Positions 1-10,031 of a stretch of 58,652 nucleotides of DNA are shown here, piece after piece; the first letter of the stretch is position 1; each line of letters opens with the position of its first letter. Below the pieces are notes generated by a model. The model was not told the origin of the DNA. It saw nothing but the letters and a program-made list of their open reading frames with translations, and searched no databases. The position numbers and the translations under genes were made by a program. Source of the DNA: a virus (Duplodnaviria; Caudoviricetes); IMG/VR virus record IMGVR_UViG_3300032291_002473, positions 1-58,652 of that record; one strand, given 5' to 3'.

Positions 1-1269
1 AATGCTTTACAGCAAATAGCTATTAATGATTTAGATACAAGAGTTACTACATTAGAAAATGCACCTGCTCCGATTATTCCTACATTAGAAGTAACATTAA
101 CTCAAACATTACCATCAATTCCATCATTAAGTGGTACACAACCTGTTGAAACTGTTGTTCAGTCATACATTAATCAGATATGGTTTCCTTATGTTGCAGT
201 AACTGGTGATTCAGGTTTATTATCTACATCAATTTCTAATCAAACAGTTTCAGCAACTGATTTATCTAAAGTAAACCCTGCTGCTCAAATGTCTGCACAA
301 TATGCTGATTTATGGACTACTCCAACTGCAACTATTGCTGGAACATTAAATAATGTATGGGCTTGTATTAAAGATTTAAGAGATGCCCCTTTACAATCTC
401 CATTTTATTTATTTGGTACTACAACAGATGCCGGTAATAATAAAACAACTGCAATAGAAAGAAGTAATTCTATTCATACAATAGGTGCTGATTCTTATTT
501 TAATTCTGTAAGAGTTGGTCTTGGTGGTAATAATATTATAAGCAATACTGCAATTGGTAGCGGAGTATTACCCACTAATACAACTGGAAATTTTAATGTT
601 GGTGTTGGTTATTTAACTTTAAATTCAAATACATCAGGTGTTTATAATACAGCAATTGGAGCACGATCATTGATTGCTAATACGACAGGTAATAATAATA
701 CTGCAATAGGTCAAAATACTCTTCAAAAAAATCAAGGAGGTAATTATAATACTGCTGTTGGTTTAAATACATTATTTGTAAATATAAATGGTAATAATAA
801 TACTGCAATAGGTTACCAAGCATTAAGTTCAACTACTGAAACTGATAATACAGCTGTTGGTTACAATTGTTTATATAAAAATACTACAGGTACTTATAAT
901 TCAGCAATTGGTAAAACAGCTTTATCAGAAAATATTACAGGTACTTATAATGTTGCACTTGGTTATGATGCAGGTTCATATGGCCCATTATCATTAGCAA
1001 ATTCAAATTCTATAAATTGTGTATATATTGGTGCTAGTACAGAATCTTTAACGTCTTCAGATACAAATCAAATTGTTATTGGTTTTGCAGCAAAAGGTAA
1101 AGGATCTAATACAATACAACTTGGTAATACAAGTATAGTAAGAACTTATTTACAAGGTGATTTAACAGTTAGTAATGCTACTGCAGTTACTACGGCTTCA
1201 GTATCACAAACTAAACATTTTCCAATAGTAATAAATGGTGTTACATATAAATTGCTTCTTGCTGATTAA
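1..1269 (+). CDS. Tail fibre/spike-like protein with YadA-head-like 14-residue repeats (5' truncated)
   Basis: Frame 1 is open from base 1 through the track ATG at 289 to TAA at 1269. About ten repeats of the type G-x-x-NTA(I/V)G-x-x-(A/S/T)L lie at ~541-970. Located in the structural block. Confidence 0.7.
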   Translation, partial: NALQQIAINDLDTRVTTLENAPAPIIPTLEVTLTQTLPSIPSLSGTQPVETVVQSYINQIWFPYVAVTGDSGLLSTSISNQTVSATDLSKVNPAAQMSAQYADLWTTPTATIAGTLNNVWACIKDLRDAPLQSPFYLFGTTTDAGNNKTTAIERSNSIHTIGADSYFNSVRVGLGGNNIISNTAIGSGVLPTNTTGNFNVGVGYLTLNSNTSGVYNTAIGARSLIANTTGNNNTAIGQNTLQKNQGGNYNTAVGLNTLFVNINGNNNTAIGYQALSSTTETDNTAVGYNCLYKNTTGTYNSAIGKTALSENITGTYNVALGYDAGSYGPLSLANSNSINCVYIGASTESLTSSDTNQIVIGFAAKGKGSNTIQLGNTSIVRTYLQGDLTVSNATAVTTASVSQTKHFPIVINGVTYKLLLAD

Positions 1270-1289
1270 TAATTAAAATAAAAAATATT

Positions 1290-2381
1290 ATGAATACATG
1301 TATAAAATGTGGTTGTCAAGAAGCTTTTCCTTCTTTACCACCATGCCCAACTCCAGTGGCTTGCCCTAATCCTCAACCATGTTCAGAAGTATTTGATGCT
1401 CAGTGTATCGTATTTACATTGCCTGATATTTTATGCGGTGAAATTATTGTAGTAGCAGAAGATTCTTCAGTAGCTGAAGCATTAGACGGTATTGTAACAT
1501 ATTTTTGTGAACAAATTAGTATTATTAATCAAGAGATTATTAATATAAATATAGCACTTGGTGATACTGTTCAATCTGTTACAGGTTTAAATACTGATAA
1601 TACTGATCCTCAAAATCCTATTATTAGAATTTCAGTAGATGGTACAACTATCACTGGTCTTGGTACACCAGCTAGTCCACTTATTGCTACTGGTGGAGGT
1701 GGCGGAGGTATTGGAGGGTCAGGTACTACTAACTATCTTGCTCGTTGGACACCTGATGGTACTACATTAGGTAATAGTGTAATTAGAGATGATGGTAGTA
1801 CAATTGGAATAGGTACTGCACCGTCAGCTGGACAACAGATTAGATCATTAACAACTACTCAAGCAACAGCTTATTCAATTACTCAAGGTTATTCAAATGT
1901 AGCAGGAACAGCTAAAGGTATTGAAATGACTCTTAGTGGTAATACTCTAGTAAGTATTGGAGCTCAATTCGGAGTTAGGGGTGGTGTAAATAATATTGCT
2001 TCACTTAATAGTGCTGGTGATAATATTTTTAATTTTTTAAGTTATGTTCCTGCAAATTCAAATATTGGAACTGTTGTACAAGCTCAAGATTCATCTTCAC
2101 CTTATAGTTATGGATTAGTTTCAATAGTAAGCTTACCAAGTTTAGGTTCAGGTAATCATGTTGGTGCAAGACTTATAGTAGATAATGGAGTAACAAATTA
2201 TGGATTACAAATAGAAGATGGTACAGAAGGTGTTGAAAAAGTATTAACATGTGTAACGGCAGATGGTAAAGCAAATTGGAATAAAGTTACTTCAGCATAT
2301 ACAACTGGAGCTTCAGGTTCTTTTACAGTAGGTGCTCAAACAATTACAGTAACCAATGGATTAATAACTAGTATAGTTTAA
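1290..2381 (+). CDS. Putative tail fibre/structural protein with Cys/Pro-rich N-terminus
   Basis: N-terminus CIKCGC...CPTPVAC...PC...C, a Gly linker, a GSGTTNYLARW motif typical of Bacteroidota phage fibres, and a C-terminal TVTNGLITSI strand. Confidence 0.6.
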   Translation: MNTCIKCGCQEAFPSLPPCPTPVACPNPQPCSEVFDAQCIVFTLPDILCGEIIVVAEDSSVAEALDGIVTYFCEQISIINQEIININIALGDTVQSVTGLNTDNTDPQNPIIRISVDGTTITGLGTPASPLIATGGGGGGIGGSGTTNYLARWTPDGTTLGNSVIRDDGSTIGIGTAPSAGQQIRSLTTTQATAYSITQGYSNVAGTAKGIEMTLSGNTLVSIGAQFGVRGGVNNIASLNSAGDNIFNFLSYVPANSNIGTVVQAQDSSSPYSYGLVSIVSLPSLGSGNHVGARLIVDNGVTNYGLQIEDGTEGVEKVLTCVTADGKANWNKVTSAYTTGASGSFTVGAQTITVTNGLITSIV

Positions 2382-2421
2382 AAATATGTCGCAGTTTGTT
2401 GGTTTCTGTGGCTAACAACAA

Positions 2422-2458
2422 GACCCCGGTATGTGCTCATTACCGGGGTTATTTTTTA
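2422..2458 (+). terminator. Rho-independent terminator
   Basis: ACCCCGGTA/TACCGGGGT stem followed by TATTTTTT, downstream of the fibre genes. Confidence 0.85.
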
Positions 2459-2476
2459 TATATCAGTTATAAGTAC

Positions 2477-2484
2477 TATATTTG
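2477..2484 (+). promoter_or_regulatory. Bacteroidota-type -7 promoter element (TAnnTTTG)
   Basis: TATATTTG lies just after the terminator and ~57 nt upstream of the ATG at 2541. The motif is short and the DNA AT-rich, so a chance match is possible. Confidence 0.4.
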
Positions 2485-2540
2485 TTTTGACTTCTAAGCT
2501 TTTATAAGTCTGAAAAATTTAGTATATTAATATATAGGAT

Positions 2541-3128
2541 ATGGAAAGTAGAATATTTAAAGGACCAGATGTAAAAGGTAAAAGATTTAGACCTGAAGTT
2601 CATCATATTATGAATCCAAAATTTTTTAATGCATTTAGAGAAAAGCATAAAAGATTTAATGATATCAGTAATGAAAATTTGAGAAAAATATGTAATACTT
2701 TTCATACTGCTTTTTGGGAAACTGTTATTGATGTAAGAGACGGTGTAGAGTTACCAGAAAACATAGGTCATATTTTCATTGGTACATGTCAAACAAGTAA
2801 AAAGAAAAATATTGACTTTGCCAAATCAAGCAAATATGGTGTAATTGTTACTAACAATAACTGGGATACTGATGGTAAATTAGCAAAGATATTTTATACT
2901 ACTTTACAAAATAAGTATAGGTTCACTAATAGAGAGTGTTGGGCATTTAATGCATGCAGAACTTTTAAAAGAAGTGTAGCAAAAACGTATTCAACAAATT
3001 GGCCAATTTATGTTCAAGTTGATCCAATGAAAAAAATACGTAAGATGTTTGAATCAACTGTTATGAAAAGTTATGCTAAACAAAGAGATGATTTAAAATT
3101 AAAAACATATAATGAATTTGACATATGA
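2541..3128 (+). CDS. HU/IHF-like DNA-binding protein of the crAss-like tail module
   Basis: Basic protein. The helix plus DGVELPENIGHIFI resembles the HU/IHF V-x-L-x-x-F-G-x-F strand. Its position before the ring/stabilisation genes matches crAss-like synteny. Confidence 0.55.
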   Translation: MESRIFKGPDVKGKRFRPEVHHIMNPKFFNAFREKHKRFNDISNENLRKICNTFHTAFWETVIDVRDGVELPENIGHIFIGTCQTSKKKNIDFAKSSKYGVIVTNNNWDTDGKLAKIFYTTLQNKYRFTNRECWAFNACRTFKRSVAKTYSTNWPIYVQVDPMKKIRKMFESTVMKSYAKQRDDLKLKTYNEFDI

Positions 3129-3796
3129 CAACTATAGGTGAAGCAATATCAAGAGTAAGAAATGCTCTTAAAGCAGTTAAGGAGGATCCATTCTTAACTG
3201 ATAGAACAATATATTTTGCAATATCAAAATATGGTAAAGCACTATTAAAAAGAGAGGATAATCAAAACCGGTTAATGAAAATCAGTTCTATCTTTTCTAC
3301 ATTGACATATGTTGAGTTAATTGACATAGATAAAGTTGAAGCAGGTTGTGTAGGTATTACTTCAGGTTGTACTATTAAAAGAACTAAAGAGAGATTACCT
3401 AAATTCTTTGATGGACTTAATGGACCATTAATACGTACTGTATCTTCTTTAGATGGTTCAGTTGAATTATTTAGAACTGATCCAGGTACTTATTCTTCTA
3501 TGACTAAAGTTACAAGTTTTAAATATAATACTAGAAAATATTTCTGGTATCTTAATGGTTATTTATACATGCCAAATGTACAATGGGAAGCAATTAAAGT
3601 TGAAGGTGTATTTGAAGATAATATATCAGGATTTACCTGTGATACTACAGATGAATGCAAGTTTAGAAATGATGATCAATTACCTTTTCCAGATTATTTA
3701 TTTGGTGAAATTGAACAATATGTATTAAAAGAATTAACAATGACAATCAATGTACCTACTAATGGTCCAGATGATAGTCAAAATGCATTAAGATAA
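3125..3796 (+). CDS. Putative tail ring/adaptor protein
   Basis: ATGA overlap with the upstream gene. N-terminal helix, beta-rich core (YFWYLNGYLY) and C-terminal helix resemble podophage adaptor/ring proteins. Synteny supports the call. Confidence 0.5.
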   Translation: MTTIGEAISRVRNALKAVKEDPFLTDRTIYFAISKYGKALLKREDNQNRLMKISSIFSTLTYVELIDIDKVEAGCVGITSGCTIKRTKERLPKFFDGLNGPLIRTVSSLDGSVELFRTDPGTYSSMTKVTSFKYNTRKYFWYLNGYLYMPNVQWEAIKVEGVFEDNISGFTCDTTDECKFRNDDQLPFPDYLFGEIEQYVLKELTMTINVPTNGPDDSQNALR

Positions 3797-3797
3797 G

Positions 3798-4814
3798 ATG
3801 GACTTTAACTTTACTCTCAAACTAAGAACATTTGACCAGTTACTGGAGGATGTTACAATTGATTTAAACACGTTTGCTCTTGAAAATATGATAGAGCCTC
3901 AGCAACTTATTAAGGTTGCTAGAAGAGTCACATATGACTTAGGACTTAGAATCAATATGACTAAAGAAATTATTTTAGAAGTAGAACATCATAAAGTTAA
4001 ATTACCTGATGATTTCTACACTATGAACTTTGGTTCTATATGTGGTACTTTTGAAGAACATGTAGGCTATCAACATGGTGGCACTACTATTATGGAAGTA
4101 CCTTATACTGAAGTACCAAGTACTGTTGATCAATGTGCTCCTCCTACAGTTAACTGTTCTACATGTAATGCTAATCCGTGTAATCATACTGCAGCTTGCC
4201 AAGGACATACTCCTGATTGCTCACCGGTAGTAGTTCCAGGTTATGATCCAAATAATCCATTTGGTAATACTTGTATTAAACCTAGAGTATTTTCTAACTG
4301 TAAAGGTGAACAATTTGAATTAATTCAAATATTACCTACAGGAGTAACAAGAGTTTATACAGCAATAATTCCATTAAGATTTAAAGCATCACAAAACATA
4401 GAATGTGATTGTCCAAATCTTTATTTAAATGTACCAAACACGGCTTGGCTTAAAGACGGATTCTTACATACTACATTTGAATGCGGTAAAGTATATCTTA
4501 ACTATCAAGGAGCTCTTGAAGATGAATCAGGTAACTTATTAGTTCCAGATCATGATGAGATTAATGAATACTATGAGTATGCAATGAAGCAAAGAATATT
4601 TGAGAATTTGTATCTTAACGGTGAAGATGTTGCACAAAAATTATCTCTTATTGAACAAAGACTTAAAGCAGCAAGAAATTATGCTTTATCAATTGTTAAT
4701 ACTCCAAACTTTGCAGAGATGAAAGGTTTATGGATGGCAAACAGAAGAGCACAGTATTCTAAATACTATGACATGTTTAAAAGTTTTAACTACAACAGTA
4801 TGAGAATATTATAA
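3798..4814 (+). CDS. Putative tail tubular/ring protein with Cys-rich insertion
   Basis: VKLPDDF, G-x-VYLNY and LLVPD...YYEY motifs of crAss-like tail tubular proteins. Directly upstream of the large stabilisation gene. Confidence 0.55.
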   Translation: MDFNFTLKLRTFDQLLEDVTIDLNTFALENMIEPQQLIKVARRVTYDLGLRINMTKEIILEVEHHKVKLPDDFYTMNFGSICGTFEEHVGYQHGGTTIMEVPYTEVPSTVDQCAPPTVNCSTCNANPCNHTAACQGHTPDCSPVVVPGYDPNNPFGNTCIKPRVFSNCKGEQFELIQILPTGVTRVYTAIIPLRFKASQNIECDCPNLYLNVPNTAWLKDGFLHTTFECGKVYLNYQGALEDESGNLLVPDHDEINEYYEYAMKQRIFENLYLNGEDVAQKLSLIEQRLKAARNYALSIVNTPNFAEMKGLWMANRRAQYSKYYDMFKSFNYNSMRIL

Positions 4815-4826
4815 TACTTTTATATT

Positions 4827-7800
4827 ATGGCAAAGAAAAATATACAAGATACTAGTCAAAATAAAACAAACACTTTTATAAAAGGTTTAAATAAAGATTC
4901 AGATCCTACATTTATTACTGATGGTATGTGGACACATGCGCGTAATGCTGTGAATAATACTAAAGAAGGTGGGTTAGGTACTTTATCAAATGAAACATCA
5001 AATATATATTGTGTAGAAGCAGGTGCAACATTACCAGGTAAAAAGTATATTATTGGTACCGTTCACTTATACTCTGATAAATATATTTTATTTACTGTAG
5101 CGTATCCAACTAATGGCGTTGGTTCACCTACAGGACATGAAATTGGATTATTTGAAGAAGACACTTGTAAATACAGACCTATTGTACAAGATGCATGTTT
5201 AAATTTTGACAAAAGATATTTAATAACAGGTGCTTCAAGAGAAAAAGAAGATTGCTCTTGGGCAGTATATTTTGCTGATGGAAATAATCCAGACAGATAT
5301 TTAAATATTGGTGATGATGCACTATGGCCAGCATCAGATTATATATGGATTGGTAATAACACATATAGTAATGGTACAGCAGCTACATTACAATGGCCAG
5401 GTGTGGCATGGAATCAGAACTGTCAAACAATTAATGATTGTATAATATGTACTGACTTAACTACATTAAATTGTGAAGATATAAGACTTGCACGTTTAAT
5501 GCAAACACCTACACTTCAAATTAAATCTGGAGTTGGTGGAGGTGTATTAAGAAATGGATCTTACTTTGCAGTAATTGCATATACAATTAAAGGCCAAAAA
5601 GTTACAGATTACTTTTCACCAAGTAATACACAACCCTTATGGAATGTTGATGACGTTTCAAGTTGTATTGATATATTTATTACAGCTGACTCAGTTCATT
5701 TTGATGAGTTTGAATTAGTAGTAGTACAAATTATTAATCAAGGTGCAGTAGCAAAAAGAATTGGTCTATACTCAACTAAAACATCAGTTGTTCACTTAGA
5801 TCAAATTAAAGATGATTTAATAACTATTCCAATTGAGCAAATACCTTTAAGAGGACCTGTGTATGAAACATCAGATCAGATTACTGAGGTAAATAATTAT
5901 TTATTAAGAATAGCTCCAAGATCTAAATTTGATTTTAATTATCAGCCTTTAGCTAATCAGATACAAGCACAATGGGTATCGGTAGAGTATCCTGCTGATT
6001 ACTATGTACAAGGTGGAAGTAATACAAGTTACTTAAGAGATGAAGTATATGCATTCTTCATTAGATGGATATATAGTACCGGAGATAAGTCTGCTTCATA
6101 TCATATACCAGGTAGAGCACCAATAGATTTTAATGTTCCAGGTGGAGGTACATTACCTGAAATATCACCCTTAAGTGATCAAAATGCAATTAATACAGAT
6201 GATAGAGTGTTTGAAGTATATAACACAGCTACAGCAAATGCTGCATCTGGAACTTTACCAGATGGTGGTATAATTAAAGCTCAAGGTACTATGGGTTATT
6301 GGGAATCTACAGAAAAGTATCCAGATAACAAAGATGAAGTATGGAATACATCATCTCATTGTTGGACAGGTACAACAGATCCTCAATTTGATTTATGCGG
6401 TAAGCCTATTAGACATCACAAGTTTCCGGATAATATAACTAATGGTTCTAATTTAACTAATCACTATGCACAAGGTGGACAATCTATTAGATTAATGGGT
6501 GTTGTATTTAATAATATCATTTTACCTAAAGATAATGATGGACTTGATATTCCTGGTATAGTAGGCTATGAAATACTAAGAGGTTCTAGAGAAGGTAACA
6601 GATCTATAATTGCTAAAGGTATGTTAAACAACTTACGTGGTTATGATATTAAAGGTAATAATACGGCTGGTAGAAAAGGATTATATCCTAACTATCCGTT
6701 TAATACTATTACACCTTACTCAAGTTCAATAGGTGGACATGTTGCAGGTAACAATGATCCTTATATCAGATTAAAAAATGATAGACTTCAAGATATACCA
6801 TCTAATATGGTAACTTTTCATTCTCCTGATACTAACTTTAGAAATCCATTTTTATCTGTTACTGAGTTAAAACTATATGGTTCAGTATCAGGTACATCTG
6901 TACAATACTTTCAAGAACCAGATCAACATCCTAACTTTAAATTACTAGCTGATGCTGTAGTTATTGTTGCAATACTAGCAGGTGTAATTGAAACTGCAAT
7001 TCAAAATGGTGGTAAGTGGTCTATAACAGAATCTACAAATGGTCCAGCAACAGGTGGTGGAGATATTAGTGCAGCTGCAGCACGTACAGCAGGAAGTATT
7101 TTTCAACCATTAAAGTCTGCATATGATGTTGCTATAAATCAATACTTTACATTAGGTGGTTATTTAGTTGATTCTCTTAATCCACTTGGTAATTTTATAT
7201 ATGATGGGTTTAATACACCTTTTCAAGCAGCAGCAGGAACAGCAGCTATTGCAGGAGCAATAGGTATTAATGGAAAAACATATTCAAAAGAAATACCAAA
7301 ATATAAATATGCTGGTCCAATTGGACTTTTAAATTATTTACAGCAATCTATATTTTATTTTGCTGAAGGTGCTAATACTGCAATAAGATTATTCTATACA
7401 TTTATACCGTATAGACAATATGCATTACAAGCTATTGCAGAAGGTTTTTATAATAATTTTAATCCACCTAATTTATCTCAGGTACAAAGATTTAACATTG
7501 AAGATAGTTTTTATTTAAAAAATAATATTCAAAATGTTAAATCATTTAGTGGTATAAACTATGTAATCAATAATCTTAAAAGACAAACTACTGTTACATT
7601 AAGAACTTCTAGTAAAAATAGTACTATAGGTGGGCCTGCTTTTATTACAGGTCCTACAGCTGATAAATCTTTAGTTACTCTTGGTACTGCAGTAAAAGCA
7701 GGTCTCCCTGTTAATACTACAGATAAAAAATCAAATCAGTTTAATGTACCTATTGCAAGTCAATATGGTGGTATAAAAGTAAGATTAAGAAACCAGTATG

Positions 7801-10031
7801 GTCAACTTGATTCTATTAAGCAAGTACCAATTACTCCATCAGAACAAAAGTTAAATTATAATGGTGAAAATATACCTGTTCTTACACGTTCATTTTGGTG
7901 TAATATAAATACACCTATGGGTAATAGACCTGTTCTAGTACCATTAAATGTAATTAATCAGACTCCAGTATTCTTTGGAGGTGATACTTATGTTAATAGA
8001 TACACTGAAAAGAATAACATGTTCTTTTTCTATGATTGGTTATACGGCCAACCAGATGGATATGAGTATAACTATATTTTAAGAAGCATGATTGCTGAAC
8101 CAAGATTCTGGGCAAACAGTCAAACATATGATGTAGCAGATTTAACACCTACTTCTTTAACTGATATAATTACTCCACCTCCTGGATTTGGTTTATTACC
8201 AAGATCATATTATCAACTTGATTGGGAAAAATATAATTACCAGGATGATACTGAAGGTAATTATCCAGGATTATTTGGTGTTAAAGAATCTTACTTTTAT
8301 TTAGCTAATTCATCAGTAAGAGATTTCTTTGTTGAGTCAGATGTATTAGTAGATTTTAGACAACCTGGTACTGCGGTATATGAACAACATTATGATCACA
8401 ATACATATACTGATTTACCAGCAATGTTTAATATGAATCCTGAAACTATCACTAAAGGAAACTATTATGCATATGATTATTCATTAAGTATATCAAAAGT
8501 ATTTACTCAATACTTTTCACAAGGTAATTTACAGTCTAGATATTATAATCCTACTGTATCTCAGTTATGTTATACTTACTATCCTGATAGAGTTATATAT
8601 TCATTACCTCAACAAAATGAATCATCTAAAGATTCATGGTTTATATACTTAGTAAATAATTATAAAGAATTTAAAAACAGAATTACTAGTATAAAAGCAT
8701 ATGCTAAAACAGGTATGTTTATTACATTCCAAAATGCTAGTCCTTTAGTGTATCAAGGTGTTGATACTCTTGAGACAGACTTAGGTACTAAACTTACTAT
8801 AGGTGATGGTGGTTTATTTTCTAATCCTCCACAGAATGTGACAATCTCTGATGTTGAGTATGAATATGGTTCATCACAGAATAAATTTGGAGTAATTGCT
8901 ACTCCTGCAGGAATGTATTATATATCTCAAAATCAAGGAAGAGTATTTGCATTTGAAGGGGGTCTTAAAGAAATATCTCAACAAGGTATGAAATGGTGGT
9001 TTAGTTTATTCTTACCATATAAACTTATTGAAGATTTTCCTAATTATCCACATACAGATAACCCTGTTGCTGGTATTGGAACTCAAGCTGTGTATGATAA
9101 CTACAATGGTGTAATATATTTTTGTAAAAAAGATTACCAATTAAGAAAAGACTTACCTGCAAATACAATAGTAGAATATATTGAATCAAGAGATTATTTT
9201 CTAGTAAATGGTAGAAGTAAAGTTGAATTAGGGGATCCACTTATATTTGAAAATGCATCATGGACAAATAGTTATGACCCAAAAAGTAATTTTTGGATTT
9301 CACACCATGACTGGCATCCAGACTTTGTAATACCAGCAAGACAATTTTTTATGTCAACTAAAGGAGGTAAAGTATGGAAACATAATATATCATGTAGCAG
9401 TTACTGTAACTTCTATGGAATTCAATATCCATTTGAGGTTGAGATACCATTAATAACGGGACAAACAATTACTACTCTTAAATCTATGGAGTATTTACTT
9501 GAATGTTATAAGAATAGCACATTTAACTGTGTTGATCAATTCCATGTTCTTGATTTTAATTTTGATAAAGCTGTAGTATATAACTCAGAACAAGTATCAG
9601 GATACTTGAATCTTAACATATTTCCTAAGAATAATATTACACTAGCAAATACATATCCTAAAATAAACCCAACATCTATTGATATCTTATTTGCTAAAGA
9701 GGAAAACAAATATAGATTTAATCAGTTTTGGGATATAACTAAAAATAGAGGAGAGTTCCCAATAGGTTCTAATTATCCTCCTACTGGACCACTAGTTCCA
9801 GGTACTACAGTTCTTGCTGGTAATTATACTCAAGAAGTAATATGGAATACGCAGTCTAATGGTTATATTAAAACATTAAACTCAACAAATTTAGATTATA
9901 ACAAGACTCAACTTCAAAGAAAAAAATTCAGACACTATTTAAATTTCTTATATTTGAGCAAGGCAGATTCTAAAGATGTAAACATGATAGTTAAAATTAG
10001 TAATAGTAAAAATCAAATATCACTTAGATAA
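4827..10031 (+). CDS. Tail stabilisation / muzzle (nozzle)-like protein
   Basis: 1734 aa, beta-rich. N-terminal NTFIKGLNKD...ARNAV motif is typical of P22 gp10-like/crAss tail stabilisation proteins. It is the last tail gene before the cargo genes. Confidence 0.7.
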   Translation: MAKKNIQDTSQNKTNTFIKGLNKDSDPTFITDGMWTHARNAVNNTKEGGLGTLSNETSNIYCVEAGATLPGKKYIIGTVHLYSDKYILFTVAYPTNGVGSPTGHEIGLFEEDTCKYRPIVQDACLNFDKRYLITGASREKEDCSWAVYFADGNNPDRYLNIGDDALWPASDYIWIGNNTYSNGTAATLQWPGVAWNQNCQTINDCIICTDLTTLNCEDIRLARLMQTPTLQIKSGVGGGVLRNGSYFAVIAYTIKGQKVTDYFSPSNTQPLWNVDDVSSCIDIFITADSVHFDEFELVVVQIINQGAVAKRIGLYSTKTSVVHLDQIKDDLITIPIEQIPLRGPVYETSDQITEVNNYLLRIAPRSKFDFNYQPLANQIQAQWVSVEYPADYYVQGGSNTSYLRDEVYAFFIRWIYSTGDKSASYHIPGRAPIDFNVPGGGTLPEISPLSDQNAINTDDRVFEVYNTATANAASGTLPDGGIIKAQGTMGYWESTEKYPDNKDEVWNTSSHCWTGTTDPQFDLCGKPIRHHKFPDNITNGSNLTNHYAQGGQSIRLMGVVFNNIILPKDNDGLDIPGIVGYEILRGSREGNRSIIAKGMLNNLRGYDIKGNNTAGRKGLYPNYPFNTITPYSSSIGGHVAGNNDPYIRLKNDRLQDIPSNMVTFHSPDTNFRNPFLSVTELKLYGSVSGTSVQYFQEPDQHPNFKLLADAVVIVAILAGVIETAIQNGGKWSITESTNGPATGGGDISAAAARTAGSIFQPLKSAYDVAINQYFTLGGYLVDSLNPLGNFIYDGFNTPFQAAAGTAAIAGAIGINGKTYSKEIPKYKYAGPIGLLNYLQQSIFYFAEGANTAIRLFYTFIPYRQYALQAIAEGFYNNFNPPNLSQVQRFNIEDSFYLKNNIQNVKSFSGINYVINNLKRQTTVTLRTSSKNSTIGGPAFITGPTADKSLVTLGTAVKAGLPVNTTDKKSNQFNVPIASQYGGIKVRLRNQYGQLDSIKQVPITPSEQKLNYNGENIPVLTRSFWCNINTPMGNRPVLVPLNVINQTPVFFGGDTYVNRYTEKNNMFFFYDWLYGQPDGYEYNYILRSMIAEPRFWANSQTYDVADLTPTSLTDIITPPPGFGLLPRSYYQLDWEKYNYQDDTEGNYPGLFGVKESYFYLANSSVRDFFVESDVLVDFRQPGTAVYEQHYDHNTYTDLPAMFNMNPETITKGNYYAYDYSLSISKVFTQYFSQGNLQSRYYNPTVSQLCYTYYPDRVIYSLPQQNESSKDSWFIYLVNNYKEFKNRITSIKAYAKTGMFITFQNASPLVYQGVDTLETDLGTKLTIGDGGLFSNPPQNVTISDVEYEYGSSQNKFGVIATPAGMYYISQNQGRVFAFEGGLKEISQQGMKWWFSLFLPYKLIEDFPNYPHTDNPVAGIGTQAVYDNYNGVIYFCKKDYQLRKDLPANTIVEYIESRDYFLVNGRSKVELGDPLIFENASWTNSYDPKSNFWISHHDWHPDFVIPARQFFMSTKGGKVWKHNISCSSYCNFYGIQYPFEVEIPLITGQTITTLKSMEYLLECYKNSTFNCVDQFHVLDFNFDKAVVYNSEQVSGYLNLNIFPKNNITLANTYPKINPTSIDILFAKEENKYRFNQFWDITKNRGEFPIGSNYPPTGPLVPGTTVLAGNYTQEVIWNTQSNGYIKTLNSTNLDYNKTQLQRKKFRHYLNFLYLSKADSKDVNMIVKISNSKNQISLR

